DNA of 64,000 bases from an uncultured Planctomycetaceae bacterium (GCA_963833985.1 CAWIAD010000001.1:2336001-2400000); one strand, 5' to 3'. Counted from the stretch's first letter, positions 21,924 through 33,764 are shown. Notes: generated by a model from the letters alone, not told the origin. Translations and numbers: made by a program.

Positions 21924-24128
21924 ATGACTTGCCCCAGTGCGCTGCGTTTCGGGTCGGCTGCGATCTCGTTCCTCATCATTCTGCTCTCGCTGGCACCGGC
22001 CGTTGCTCAGGCTCCCCAGGCCCCTGAGGCCATCCCCGGCCAGTTCTTCACGATCACCGAGCCGATCACCAACGAGACCATCGAGCATATCCGCGCGGCC
22101 ACGCGCCAGCTTGTTGATCAGAACGCCGGCGGCGCCAGGGCCAAGAGCCCGATCCTGGTCTTCGAGTTCCTTCCCGGCGAGTCCGCCCCTGGCACCAGCC
22201 GGATCGGCACCTCGTTCGACCTGGCGAACCTGATCTCCAAGGAACTGGGCGGTGCGCGGCTGACCGTGGCCTATGTCCCGCAGCCGCTTACCGGATACGC
22301 CGTGCTGCCAGCCCTGGCGTGCTCCGAGATCGTCATGGGGTCGACAGCCAGCCTGGGGCCAATCACCCCGGACAACCAGTCGTTCGACCCGGCGTTCCGC
22401 GAGCCCGTGCGGTTTCTCGCCGTGCGCAAGACCCGTGACCCGGACCTGCTCTTGGGCATGCTCGACCGCGATGCCGATCTCAGGCTGGTGCACACCGCCG
22501 ACCGGGCACTGCACTACGTGCTGGCCGAAAACCTGGAGGAGTTCCGCAAGACCCATCAGGTCGTGGACGAGCAGCCAGCCTGGGAGGGAGGCCAGCGCGG
22601 CGTCCTGGCGGCGCGGCGGGCCCGGGCTGAGGGCTTCAGCAAGGCGCTGGCCGAGAACGCATCCGAGGTCGCCCACATCTACCAGATCGGCGCCCAGTCG
22701 GCCGTCGAGGACCCCACGCTGGGCCAGGCCCTGCGGCCGATCTGGATCAAGATCACGGGGCTCATCGACACCACCAAGGTGGGCTACCTCACCAGGCGCA
22801 TCGAGCAGGCGCGGCAAGAGCGCGTGAACCTCATCTTCTTCCAGATCGATAGTCCCGGTGGACTGGATTCGGCGGCTGACAGCATCGCCGACCAGATTGC
22901 CGGCATCACGGACATGAAGACCGTCGCGTACATCGAGGACCGCGCCCTGGGCGTGGCGGCACTGCTGCCGCTGGCCTGCCGCGATATCGTCTTCAAGAAG
23001 TCCGCCCGCATGGGCGAGCTGCGTCAGATCATCGTCGGCCGCAACAACCACCTGCAAGACCTGAGCGACGCTCAGGTTCAGGTGCTCACGAAGAAGGCAG
23101 CCTTCCTGGCCGGCAAGAAGGGGCATCCCGAGGCCGTGGCGCGGGCGATGGTGGACCCCGCGGCGGAGGTCGTCGAGGCGCGGGACGCCCAGACAGGCGC
23201 CATGCGCCTGCTGCTCAGGGAAGAGGTCGAGGCCGACCGGGGGCGGTTCCAGGCAGTGGAGGTGCGCAAGGCGCCCGGGAACAACCTGGTCATGACCGGC
23301 GACGAGGCGGCCTCGTACGGCATGGGGCAGGTTGTCAACGGCGAGGAAGACTTGAAGGGGCTCTACGGGCTGCGCGGCAAGATGATCAAGGTCGACGGCC
23401 CGGGATGGGTCGATTCACTGGTCACCATTCTGACCGACCCTTACGTGAGCTGGATGCTTCTGTTCGTCGGCCTCTTCATGCTCGTGATCGAGCTCAAGCT
23501 CCCCGGCATCGGCCTGCCGGCGATCACCTCCGCACTGGCGTTCCTGCTCTTCTTCTGGAGCCATTACCTGAGCGGTACCGCCGACCAGCTCGAGATCATC
23601 CTCTTCCTGGTCGGTATGGTCTGCCTGGCGCTCGAGCTCTTCGTCTTCCCCGGGTTCGGCATCTTCGGGATGAGCGGCATCCTGCTCATGCTCTGTAGCA
23701 TTGTCATGGCCAGCCACACGTTTGTCTGGCCAACGCAGGAATACGAGTACCGCGAAATGGGGTTCACGCTGATCCAGCTCACGCTTGCACTCGTGGCCGT
23801 CGCCGGCGGCGCCGCAGTCCTCGCTCGCTACCTGCCGTCGCTGCCGTTCTTGAACCGCCTGGTCCTCAAGCCCGAGCCCTGGACACCGGTCGACAACCCT
23901 GAGACCTCGGAGTCGCTCGCCAAGCCGGGTCTGGAAGGCTACGAGTCGCTGGCCTTCCTGATCGGCGAGACCGGCCGCACCACCTCGCCCTTGCGGCCCA
24001 CCGGCAAGGCCCGCTTCGGCAACATGCTGATCGACGTCACCGCCGATGGTTTCTACGTCGAGACCGATTCGCTCGTCGAGGTGGTCGACGTGCAGGGGAC
24101 CAAGGTCATCGTCAAGCAGCTCGCATGA
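21924..24128 (+). CDS. nfeD: Long NfeD protein (two ClpP/crotonase-like domains, TM domain, OB fold)
   Basis: IDSPGG, IELKLPGIG, LELFVFPGFGIFG, GRTTSPLRPTGKA. Confidence 0.9.
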   Translation: MTCPSALRFGSAAISFLIILLSLAPAVAQAPQAPEAIPGQFFTITEPITNETIEHIRAATRQLVDQNAGGARAKSPILVFEFLPGESAPGTSRIGTSFDLANLISKELGGARLTVAYVPQPLTGYAVLPALACSEIVMGSTASLGPITPDNQSFDPAFREPVRFLAVRKTRDPDLLLGMLDRDADLRLVHTADRALHYVLAENLEEFRKTHQVVDEQPAWEGGQRGVLAARRARAEGFSKALAENASEVAHIYQIGAQSAVEDPTLGQALRPIWIKITGLIDTTKVGYLTRRIEQARQERVNLIFFQIDSPGGLDSAADSIADQIAGITDMKTVAYIEDRALGVAALLPLACRDIVFKKSARMGELRQIIVGRNNHLQDLSDAQVQVLTKKAAFLAGKKGHPEAVARAMVDPAAEVVEARDAQTGAMRLLLREEVEADRGRFQAVEVRKAPGNNLVMTGDEAASYGMGQVVNGEEDLKGLYGLRGKMIKVDGPGWVDSLVTILTDPYVSWMLLFVGLFMLVIELKLPGIGLPAITSALAFLLFFWSHYLSGTADQLEIILFLVGMVCLALELFVFPGFGIFGMSGILLMLCSIVMASHTFVWPTQEYEYREMGFTLIQLTLALVAVAGGAAVLARYLPSLPFLNRLVLKPEPWTPVDNPETSESLAKPGLEGYESLAFLIGETGRTTSPLRPTGKARFGNMLIDVTADGFYVETDSLVEVVDVQGTKVIVKQLA

Positions 24129-24378
24129 TCCGGGCCGTTGACCCGCCGCCGGCGGTGGCCCCGCGCCGCCCTCGACCCGCCCTGCGCACTCGCGGGCTGC
24201 CTGGCCGTACCGATCGACCCGGATAAATCCAAACGAGCGCGGCGAATCCAATTGGCGAGCAGCGCGCGAGATTGATTACACTATGTAGAGAAAGTGCGGT
24301 GGCGCGGCAGGGTGCCAGAACGGCGTTTTTTCGCGCCGACCTGGCTTACACCGGCCGATCGTCGGGAAGGTGTGCCCC

Positions 24379-24990
24379 ATGAGCGTCTTGTTCTGGCCTT
24401 CCCTGTTCCTGGTGTTCGGACTCTTGCTGCTGATCCTGGAAGCCTTCATTCCCTCGGGCGGTTTCCTCGGGCTGGGATCGATTGCCTGCCTGGTGCTCAG
24501 CCTCTGGTATGCCTTCTCGCAGTCGCTGGGTCTGGGAACGCTCTTCATGTTGATTGATCTGCTGGCGATACCGCTGTGCGCCGGCCTGGCGTTCTGGCTC
24601 TGGTCCCACACCCCGCTGGGACGCAAGTTCTTCCTCAAGCCGCCGGCGCCCGAGGAGATCGACGTCTCGCACGCGGATCTGCACATTCATTCGCTGGTGG
24701 ATCAGCTTGGCAAGACGATCACTCCGCTGCGGCCTTGCGGCCACGTCGAAATTGACGGCCAGCGCGCGCTCGCGCTGGCCGAGGAGGGTTACTTGCCCGC
24801 CGGAGCGACGGTGCGCGTGCTGCGCGTCCGTTCCGGCCAGCTCGTCGTCCGCGGCCTCCGCGACCCCGCGCCGCAGCCGGTCGAGGAACCTACGAATCCC
24901 TTTGACGTTTCCGGGCCCGTGCCGGGCCCTTCCCCCATAGACATCGACAGAACCGCCGAGGCGGTCTCCATCTTCGAGGATGCTCCATGA
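24379..24990 (+). CDS. Short NfeD-family protein
   Basis: LEAFIPSGG transmembrane region; [19 protein letters not shown] fold. Confidence 0.88.
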   Translation: MSVLFWPSLFLVFGLLLLILEAFIPSGGFLGLGSIACLVLSLWYAFSQSLGLGTLFMLIDLLAIPLCAGLAFWLWSHTPLGRKFFLKPPAPEEIDVSHADLHIHSLVDQLGKTITPLRPCGHVEIDGQRALALAEEGYLPAGATVRVLRVRSGQLVVRGLRDPAPQPVEEPTNPFDVSGPVPGPSPIDIDRTAEAVSIFEDAP

Positions 24991-26066
24991 GTGCTCTGCT
25001 GTTCGCCCAGGTCAATCAGCCACCGACGTCGTGGCCGTCGACAATGTTCTACATGATGATCATCGCCATCGGGCTCATCGCCCTGATGTTCTGTATTTTT
25101 CTGGCGAAGTACTTCAATCTCTGGATCCAGGCCAAGATGACCCAGGCCAACGTGAGCATCTGGGACCTGGTCGGGATGACGTTCCGCAAGGTGAACCCGA
25201 ACATCATCGTCCGCTCCAAGATCATGGCCTACCAGGCGGGGCTCTCGGAAAAGGACGGCGTGACCACGCGGGCGCTCGAAGCGCATTACCTCGCCGGCGG
25301 CAACGTTCCGAACGTCGTCCGCGCGCTCATCGCCGCGAACCGGGCGGATATCCCGCTGTCGTACAAACGGGCGGCCGCGATTGACCTGGCCGGCCGCAAC
25401 GTGCTCGAGGCCGTGCAGACCAGCGTCAACCCCAAGGTCATTCCCTGTCCGGACCCGACCCAGGGCCGCCTCACCATCGACGGCGTCGCCAAGAACGGCA
25501 TCCAGCTCAAGGTGAAGGCCAAGGTAACCGTGCGCACGAACCTCGACCGCCTGGTCGGCGGCGCCACCGACGAGACGATCATCGCCCGCGTCGGCGAGGG
25601 CATCGTGAACGCGATCGGCTCGGCCGATACGCACCTGATGGTGCTCGAAAAGCCGGACTCCATCTCCAAGCGCGTGCTCGAGAAGGGGCTGGACGCCGGC
25701 ACGGCCTACGAGATCCTCTCGATCGACATCGCCGACATCGACGTGGGCGACAACGTGGGCGCGAACCTTCAGGCCCTTCAGGCCGAGGCCGACACCCGCG
25801 TGGCCCGCGCCAAGGCCGAGGAGCGGCGGGCCTTCGCCGTGGCCAAGGAACAAGAGATGATCGCGCATGTGCAGGAGAACCGGGCCAAGGTCGTTCAGGC
25901 CGAGGCCGAGGTTCCCATGGCCATCGCGGAGGCCTTCCGCATGGGCAACCTGGGCATCACCGATTATTACCAGCTTCGCAACGTTCAGGCCGACACGGAG
26001 ATGCGCAGCGCGATCGCCGGCACCGGCAACAATACGAGCCGGCGCGAGCCGGCGGTCACCCCGTGA
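24987..26066 (+). CDS. floA: Flotillin-like protein FloA (YqfA)
   Basis: [50 protein letters not shown]. Confidence 0.95.
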   Translation: MSALLFAQVNQPPTSWPSTMFYMMIIAIGLIALMFCIFLAKYFNLWIQAKMTQANVSIWDLVGMTFRKVNPNIIVRSKIMAYQAGLSEKDGVTTRALEAHYLAGGNVPNVVRALIAANRADIPLSYKRAAAIDLAGRNVLEAVQTSVNPKVIPCPDPTQGRLTIDGVAKNGIQLKVKAKVTVRTNLDRLVGGATDETIIARVGEGIVNAIGSADTHLMVLEKPDSISKRVLEKGLDAGTAYEILSIDIADIDVGDNVGANLQALQAEADTRVARAKAEERRAFAVAKEQEMIAHVQENRAKVVQAEAEVPMAIAEAFRMGNLGITDYYQLRNVQADTEMRSAIAGTGNNTSRREPAVTP

Positions 26067-26127
26067 GCTCGGCTACTGCGCGTGCAATGATGGCCTGGAG
26101 TCGCGGATTGGTGCGGAAGGTGACGCG

Positions 26128-26925
26128 ATGCGCTTCGAGATCCTGATCCAGTTCATTGTGCCTCTCATGTTTCTGGCCATCTGGGCGCTGACGTCGCTCC
26201 TGAATCGCGACGCGCAGCCCCTGCCTCCGCGACCGGGCCGCCCACTCGGCCCCGGCGGTCCCAGGCCGCCGGGCCGCGTGCCGGGCCAGCCGGAACTGCG
26301 CGTGCCGGGCTCCGCGGCCCCCTCCCGCACCGCCGGGCCAGCGCCCGCCCGCCAGGATCTCCAGTCGGCCTGGACCCAGCCACAGGCGCCCGCGCCGGCC
26401 CCGCGCGATCGAGCGGTCCAGCGCATGACCACGAGCAAGGCCGATGGTGCCATCGTCTACATCGAAAACGATCCGGCGCGGCGGAACTCCGCGCGCTCCA
26501 CGTCCGCGGGAAGTGCCGCCCCTCCCTCCTCTTCGGGAATCCGCCCGGCACGTTCCGCCACGCCGCGCAAGGGAGCGCGCGGCCGCTCCATCAACATCGG
26601 CACCGCCACCCCTCAGGGACGCACCGAGCCCAGAACGCAACGGGTGCTCTCGGACCAGGTCAACCAGTCCATGGCCATGCAGCGGAACAAGCCGCTGGAG
26701 ATCACCCCCCTGTTCACCTCGCTGGCCCCGCTGTCATTGCCCCTCTCGCAGTCCTCGGCGGCACCCCAGGCCCACGAGACGAGCGGCGGAGACCGCCCGG
26801 TGTCCATGAGCTCCGAAGCGATCCGGAACCTCCTCTCATCGCCCGCCAGGCTGCGCGAGTTCGCACTCCTGACCGAGGTTTTGCAGCCCCCGGTGGCTTT
26901 GCGCCGGCGCCAGCCGCGCGGCTGA
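26128..26925 (+). CDS. Membrane-anchored Pro-rich hypothetical protein (occupies the yqfB position)
   Basis: N-terminal TM helix; C-terminal LREFALLTEVLQPPVALR. Confidence 0.7.
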   Translation: MRFEILIQFIVPLMFLAIWALTSLLNRDAQPLPPRPGRPLGPGGPRPPGRVPGQPELRVPGSAAPSRTAGPAPARQDLQSAWTQPQAPAPAPRDRAVQRMTTSKADGAIVYIENDPARRNSARSTSAGSAAPPSSSGIRPARSATPRKGARGRSINIGTATPQGRTEPRTQRVLSDQVNQSMAMQRNKPLEITPLFTSLAPLSLPLSQSSAAPQAHETSGGDRPVSMSSEAIRNLLSSPARLREFALLTEVLQPPVALRRRQPRG

Positions 26926-27242
26926 CCCGATGCGGAATCGTTCATGACTTCCAGCGGCGAGGAGCGGCGCCATCGCGACATGACGATCGCGCCGGTCGAG
27001 CGGGTTCCGCGCAACGCAGCGCCGCGCGCACCGGGCATCCCTGAAGTGAGCCCTTGCCGCTTGAAGAAAACCGCGCAGCGCGCCGATATCTTGCCTGGAA
27101 ACGAAAGTTACCAAGCACGCCAATGGCCTGGCACCGCTCGAACTTGCAGGGTGGCATCTCCACGGACGGATCGTGCCCTTCTCACCGGGCACACGCTCAA
27201 TCCGCAGATCATCAGTTGACCCACGATTGAGGGAGATGCACG

Positions 27243-28298
27243 ATGTTGGCTCGTCCATCCCGCACGCGCTGGGGCCGGCTCACGCTGCTTCACGCCCTGG
27301 CCATCCTCTTCCTGCGCAGCACCCACAGCCCTGTCCAGGCGTTTGCCGAAGAGGCCGATGCCATCACCTGGAGAACCGACTACGCCACCGCCCTGGAAGA
27401 AGCACGGGTGCAGAATCGTCTGCTCTGGATCCAGTTCACCGGGCCATGGTGCCCCAACTGCACGCGCATGGAGCAGGACTCCTTCTCTCATCCGGCCATC
27501 CGCCAGCATGCGCAGCAGTCGTTCGTGCCGGTGAAGCTGCGCTCCGACGTGCACGAGCAACTGGCCCTGAGCTTCGAGCTCTCCGGCCTGCCGGCGACGG
27601 TGATCGTCGCTCCATCGCGGCAGGTTGTCGCCGTGCGGCAGGGATACCTCGGCCCGGACGACCTCGATCGCCTGCTGCAATCCGCGACCAGGGAGCACAC
27701 GCTGCTCGCCCAGAATTCTTCCGGCAAGCCCGGCGCAGCGAGCGGCAAGCCGGTCGACGGCTCGCCGGAACAGACCAGGCCACGGACCAAACGGGAGACG
27801 CAGGTGGCGCTTTCCGGCTACTGCCCGGTCAGCCTCGTCTCCGACAAGCGGCTGGTGCCCGGACAGACCGAGTACACGGTGACCCACGAGGGCCGGCTCT
27901 ACCGCTTCGCCAGCCTGCTCACATTCAATCTCTTCCGCCGCGACCCCGAACGCTACGTGCCGGTGAATGACGGCAACTGCCCGGTCACCCAGCTCGATCG
28001 CCGCACCGCGCAGCCCGGCGATCCCCGGTACGGGGTGCTCTACCAGGGCCGGCTCTTCCTCTGTGCGACGGATGCCGACCGCAAGAAGTTCCTTCAGGAG
28101 CCGCTCCGCTATGCGGCCATTGACGTCGCCGAGCAGGGCTTCTGTCCCCACTGCCTGGCCGAGAATGGGATCCTGGTGCGCGGGGACCCGCGCTACGAGC
28201 TGAACCGCGAGGGCCGGCATTACTGGTTCCCGGACGCGACCCATCGCGAAGCGTTCATCTCCGCCGCGTCCTCGAGCGAGCCGCCCACCCGACGGTAG
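27243..28298 (+). CDS. Exported thioredoxin-fold protein with YHS-like domains
   Basis: WCPNC; repeated GYCPV/GNCPV/GFCPH...GRLYRF units. Confidence 0.85.
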   Translation: MLARPSRTRWGRLTLLHALAILFLRSTHSPVQAFAEEADAITWRTDYATALEEARVQNRLLWIQFTGPWCPNCTRMEQDSFSHPAIRQHAQQSFVPVKLRSDVHEQLALSFELSGLPATVIVAPSRQVVAVRQGYLGPDDLDRLLQSATREHTLLAQNSSGKPGAASGKPVDGSPEQTRPRTKRETQVALSGYCPVSLVSDKRLVPGQTEYTVTHEGRLYRFASLLTFNLFRRDPERYVPVNDGNCPVTQLDRRTAQPGDPRYGVLYQGRLFLCATDADRKKFLQEPLRYAAIDVAEQGFCPHCLAENGILVRGDPRYELNREGRHYWFPDATHREAFISAASSSEPPTRR

Positions 28299-28364
28299 GC
28301 CCCCCAAACGTCGCACGACGATCCGCCGGGAGGCCCGCAGCCTTTCGGCTCGACGCTCCAACCC

Positions 28365-28482
28365 TGTCCCACGCGATCTCCTCGCGTGGGACAAGATTCC
28401 AATCTTGTCATGATTTAAACTATTAAAATATTGCTAGCTTGATAATAAAATATGTGCGACACGATTGGAATCGTATTCCACG
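28365..28482. repeat. REP-like inverted doublet with AT-rich spacer
   Basis: CGTGGGACAAGATTCCAATCTTGTC (28385-28409) and inverted GACACGATTGGAATCGTATTCCACG (28458-28482); additional 12-bp hairpin at 28365-28393. Confidence 0.8.
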
Positions 28483-28705
28483 TGAGAGGCTTGAAGGGCA
28501 AGTGGTGAGGTTTGCCGGCAATACATCTGTTTCTCCTCTCCGACCCCTCGGCTCCCCATGCCACGGCGACAACCGTCGGCCTTGCGTTCGTTCCCTTTCG
28601 GGATTGACTCCGAACGCTCCCAGCTCTGTCACCGCCGTTCTCGCCATGTGGACCTCCGAGCGTACCAGGTGCAGTCAGCCGAGCCAGTTTCCGGTGGCAG
28701 CGGGC

Positions 28706-29497
28706 TCACGGCCCGCCCAGGATCCACCCTTCCACCTCGGCGACACTCCGTTGCTCGGGCGTGAGCGGAGGCTGGAAGCAGCCCGCGAGACGGCCTTCGC
28801 GATCAGCGGACTGCATCCAGAGGGCGGCCGCGAACGCGTCGTGCTGGTCGGGCGTGCGGTCCCCGCGGGGGACGGTCCTGCTCCAGAGTGACGGATAAAT
28901 CTCCGCGACGGTCGATTTCCGGGCCGGCACTTCCCAGCCGTCGAACGGCCAGAAATGCAGGCGCGAGCCGAGCTGCCCGCGCAGGTAGCGCAGCCATGGC
29001 AAACCGGCGTGCGTCGACTTGGCAACCGAGCCCTGGACGTCGAAGTGAAACACCGACTTGGCCGCGCCCGCGCGTGCTTCCGTGAGCCGCTTCCACTGCG
29101 CCTGGCCGCGCCGGGCCGCACCGTTGCCGCAAACGCCGTCGCGAACGAGATCCACGTAAGTATGGTCCTCATCGGTCGGCCAGTGAGCCTGGAAGTCGTC
29201 CAGGAACGACGGCCAATCGTGCGGCAAGCCGTAGGCCTCGAAGTAGCGGATCGGAAACGAAAAGCCGTGGTCGATGCCGGCAAGCGTCGGCACATCTTCC
29301 CTCAGCCGCTCCACCAGCCACTCCGCCATGCCCCGGCGCGTCCAGTACTTCCGCGGACTCGCCGACGGCAAGACCTCGGCGGGCATTCCGTTGCGATCGG
29401 CCATGTAGACCCGCAACCCCTTCAAACTCGAGGTCGGCGTCTGCGCACCGGAGTAGTCGATGGCGATGGAGCGGTCGAACATCGGGGAAGTCGTCAT
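28706..29497 (-). CDS. Hypothetical protein, DUF429-like/RNase H-fold predicted nuclease
   Basis: IAIDYSGA, AGIDHGFSFP, AEIYPS and DQHDAF acidic motifs. Confidence 0.55.
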   Translation of the reverse strand: MTTSPMFDRSIAIDYSGAQTPTSSLKGLRVYMADRNGMPAEVLPSASPRKYWTRRGMAEWLVERLREDVPTLAGIDHGFSFPIRYFEAYGLPHDWPSFLDDFQAHWPTDEDHTYVDLVRDGVCGNGAARRGQAQWKRLTEARAGAAKSVFHFDVQGSVAKSTHAGLPWLRYLRGQLGSRLHFWPFDGWEVPARKSTVAEIYPSLWSRTVPRGDRTPDQHDAFAAALWMQSADREGRLAGCFQPPLTPEQRSVAEVEGWILGGP

Positions 29498-29677
29498 GGC
29501 GATCGGGCCAGCAGGCCTTTGTCCTCGCTCAAGGTCAGGGTGAGCCACTGCGTTGCACAAGGTTCCTGGTCTTTACCGTACCATGGAAACAGATTCGGGG
29601 AATGATTCGAGTGTCGGCGGAGACTACACGAGTCGAGCACGAGTCGCCGGGTCGCGAGACGTTGATCGGTTCAGGCC

Positions 29678-32600
29678 ATGAAACTGTACAAGCAGATCGA
29701 AACCCTTCAGCAGGCGGGCACGTCGGCCGGGCTCGGCGACAGCCAGTTACTGGAGCGGTTTCTTCAAGCTCGGGGCGAGAGCGCGGAAGCCGCATTCGCT
29801 GCGATTGTCGACCGCCACGGCGCCATGGTCTTGCGCGTTTGCCGGCAGGTCCTGGGTGATGAGCATGAGGCGCAGGATGCCTCGCAGGCGGCCTTCCTGA
29901 TCCTGGCGCGACGGGCCGGCTCGATCGGCCGCAAGGATTCCGTCGCTTGCTGGCTACACGGCGTGGCGCTCCGGGTGGCAAGCCGGCTGCAGCTCGCCGC
30001 CGTACGCCGGCGGAGGCGCGAACAGCGCGGGGGAGAGATCATGATGGCTCGTCGCGACGTCAACCACGGAATCGTGGAACCCGGAGATGGCGACCGCTGG
30101 GCCAGGCTGCACGGCGAGCTGCGCCGGTTGCCCGAAACGTTCCGCGCACCGCTCGTCCTGTGCTACCTGGAGGGCCTGACCCAGGAGCAGGCGGCGGCTC
30201 AGGTGGGCTGTCCGCTCGGAACCATCCAGAGCCGGCTGCGCGCGGACGGGCGAGACTGAAAGCCCGGCTCGAGCGGGCTGGCGTCGAGTTCTCGGCGCTG
30301 CTGGCAGGCCCGGGAAGCCTTGCATTCAAACCCTTGCAGCCGGCACCCGCATCCTGGGCCGAGGCGACCGTCAACCTCGCCATGCAGTTCGCGCACGGAA
30401 AGGGGCCTGCCATCGCCGGCACTGGACTGGTCTCGACCACCCTTGCCGAGGAGGTCCTGCGCGCGGTCGTCCTCTCCAGGATCAAGGCGGCCGTGGTCGT
30501 AGCGATCCTTTCCGCGTTCCTTGTGGCGGGAGGCCTGCTCCGGGCCAGGTCAGGACGCAATACGGACGGTGACCGGACGGACGGCGAGGCCCCGGTTGCG
30601 CAAGCGGCACCTGGGCCCGGGCCCGCTCAGCAACCGCCCCAGGCGGATGAGCCGCGCCTGGTCAAGCGACGCGTTCAGGGGATCGTCCGCGACGAGAACG
30701 GCCGGCCCGCGCCCAGGGTCTGGTTCGGCCATGACATCCGTCCCCGGGAAGACACCTGGCGGACCATCGAGCTGGAGCGGATCCGCGAGCGGCATGAGCC
30801 GTTCCGCGATACGCAGGGCCGCGTCGTTCCTCCCGGGCCGCTCGGCAAGTACTTCGAAATCCGCGACGATCAGGGCTACTGGAAGCCCGTTGCGCCCGGG
30901 GATGTGCGGCTTGAAGACGCCTCCGAGCGTCGTCCGCCGGCTCCCCGTCCGCACACAGACGTGGGGAAGGACGGTCGCGACGATCATCCAGCTCAACCCA
31001 GGCCCGACTACCTGCTCCGCACCACGAGCGGCAAGTGGATGGTCCCGCCGAGCTCGTTCAGCGATTTCGTGGCGGATCGCACGGACGCTGAGGGCCGGTT
31101 CTCGGCCGAGGTCCTGATTGACAGGCAACTCGGGGCAACTCAGCTCCTCTTTGCCACCCCGGACTTCTCGCGGCAGGCGATTCACGTCGTTCATCTCGAC
31201 GATCCGGAGGTCCCGGTCGAGGTCACGCTGCGCCCTGCTCGCGAAGTGCGAACGCCAGTGATCGAGGTCCCCGAAGACCACCCGGACGAAGAATTCCTCT
31301 GTACCGTCTACACGGTCGAACCGGCTCATGCCAGCCCCTACAACATTCCAGCCATCGGGACAAAGGGTGCTGTCTGGGGGGAGTTCCCTCTGAAGAGCGG
31401 TCCCGGGAATGGTCCAAAGGGCGTGCGCTGGCTGGAAGCGCGCTTGCCCGCGGGGAAATACAAGGTCCGTTTCCGGAGCGACACGCTCTACGACGTTGAG
31501 GACCTGGTGATTCCACCCGGTGAAGGCCCTATCGAGCTGCCTGGGATGACCATCAAGACGCTCGCCTGGGTGCTCATGCTGGGCAAGCCCGCGGCCGAGA
31601 TCGAGGCTGTCGATGTCGACGGCAAGCCCGCCAAGCTCGAGGACGATCGCGGCAAGGTCGTGGTTCTTGTCTTCTGGACCAGCAAGGACATCTGGTTCCG
31701 GCCCGTCCCGCATCTCGCGAAGCTTCGCGAGCGGTTCAGGGACCAGCCGCTTTCCATTCTTGCGATCCACGACGCCTCGATCACATCGCTGGCGACCTTC
31801 AGGCAAGTGGTAGACTCGATGCGCGAGCAGATCGGCGCCGACACCGCGCTCCGCTTCCTGCTCGACCGCCCGCCTGGCCGGCAGGGAAGGAATGTCGCCC
31901 GCCAAGGTGGGAGAAGTCGGCTCGGGGCGCACGATTGAATTCTATGAAGCTAACACGTCGTCCGTCTTCGTCGTGAACAGGACCGGCAAGCTCGCCTCAG
32001 CCTTCGTCCCACAAGCAGCCTACATCGAGGAGCTTCGCCGCGACCCGAGAGGCGGGCTCGTTACCGAGTCGCATGACGTTCCTGACAGAGGGTCAGACCT
32101 GGACTACGGCGATGTGATGAGTGCGATCGAGGGAGTCGTGCGGGATCAGCTCGGCCTGCCGCGCACGCCGAAGCCCGAACTTCCGGCCCCACTCCCAAGG
32201 CCCGTGCCGATGGGGCCGCTTACTATCCAGGGAAAAGTGGTTGACCATGAGGGACGGCCCGTTCCGGGTGCGACGGTCGAGTACGACCTGGTCGAGAATA
32301 GGTCGGTCAAGACCGGTGCTGACGGTGAATTCGCATTCACGGGCCACAGAGGTGAGGATGGCTATTCGATTCGAATAGAATCGGATGGAATGGCACTTAT
32401 GCAGCTGTTTGTCAGCGCCCGATCTGACGGAATGGGACCGCCATCCAATCCTGGCTTTCGTGACTTCGACTCCGATGGGCGTATCACAGAGCCCATACGC
32501 GTGGGGCCCGGGGTGCGCGTGACCGGGCGTCTCACGCGCGAGGGAAAGCCGGTTGCGGGTGTGAAAGTCGGCTTTCATTATGAGGCGCTCACAACTTGGA

Positions 32601-33229
32601 GTCCGGATCTGGAGATGGAAGCCAACACCGACCAGGACGGTTCGTTCGTCTTTCCTCATGTGTTGCCCGGCTTGGAACTCTGGGTCTTCGTCAAGCTTGG
32701 CATCTTGAAGGACGAGGGAGCCGTCGTTCCCCGGCACGTTCAAACGGGGGAAGAGGGCACCACGCTCGACTTGGGAACGCTCACCGTTCAGAAGGGGCGC
32801 AAGCTGGCAGGACGGCTGGTTTGTTCCAGGGGGCTGGTCTTACCACCGGGGCTCGCGGTTTCGGCGAGCATGATCGTCCCGGGCACGGGAAACCTGATTG
32901 CCGATGTGGAGGAGGCGCAGCAGTTCGCGTTCACCGCACTTCCCGATGGTCCGGTGCAGATCCGGTTATTCAGTCGCAGGGAGCTGGGGCGAGTAGGTTG
33001 TCGTCTGTCTGCCAGAAACAGATGCCTCATCCCGACCGAGCCTTCGAGAATCGAAGGCCGGCTCGACCACGACATCACCGACCTGACGATCTTGCTGGAG
33101 CCCGGCGAAACGCTCATTGATGAAATACAATCGGCCCGCGACATCGACCCGACCGTCCTGGCCGACTTCAACGACGCCAGGAAAGGGCCCATCACCGGCG
33201 TGCCCCCGGGCGAGTACCCGCCGAAATGA
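29678..33229 (+). CDS. ECF sigma factor fused to a TM helix, carboxypeptidase-regulatory-like repeats and a redoxin-like domain (apparent frameshifts ~30238, ~31875)
   Basis: Sigma2 RHGAMVLRVC...AQDASQAAF...WLHGVA; sigma4 LCYLEGLTQEQAA...GTIQSRL; GIVRDENGRP, GKVVDHEGRPVPGA; GKPAAEIE...GKVVVLVFW. Confidence 0.8.
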
Positions 33230-33365
33230 TCGCACTCGGCGCACCTCGAACCCGTCCTGCTGCCATTTCTGAAGCGCGGGCCACGCGGTACACTGAAACC
33301 GCTGGCCAGACGTCTGACGATCAGAACGCCAGCGAGAGACCGGGGTCTGTCGGAGTCTGCAAACC

Positions 33366-33764
33366 ATGACCATCGTCCAGCGCATGCGCGCCGAGCTGCC
33401 GCAGGCGATGAAGGCCCGCGATACCGTGAAGACGGGGTTCCTGCGTTACTGGATCGCCCAGCTCACGCTCGCAACCGGGGCCGAGGTGAGCGATACCGAT
33501 GCTGTCAAGAAGATGCGCGGGATCTTGAAAGAAGCGAAGGCCGGCCCGACCACCTTCACGGAAGCCGAGATCGCCCTGCTGCGGGAATGGGTCCCGCCTA
33601 CACTTGGCGCGGACCAGATTGCCGAGGCGCTCGCCCCGGTGCAGGAACAGATCAAGGCCGCGCGCAACGACGGCATGGCCATGGGCATCGCCATGAAGGC
33701 CCTTGCCGGCCAGCCGGTCGACAGCGAGGACGTCAAGGCGGCGATTGCGGTCATCCGGCAGTGA
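33366..33764 (+). CDS. GatB/YqeY domain protein
   Basis: AMKARD...EIALLREWVP...MGIAMK. Confidence 0.75.
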   Translation: MTIVQRMRAELPQAMKARDTVKTGFLRYWIAQLTLATGAEVSDTDAVKKMRGILKEAKAGPTTFTEAEIALLREWVPPTLGADQIAEALAPVQEQIKAARNDGMAMGIAMKALAGQPVDSEDVKAAIAVIRQ

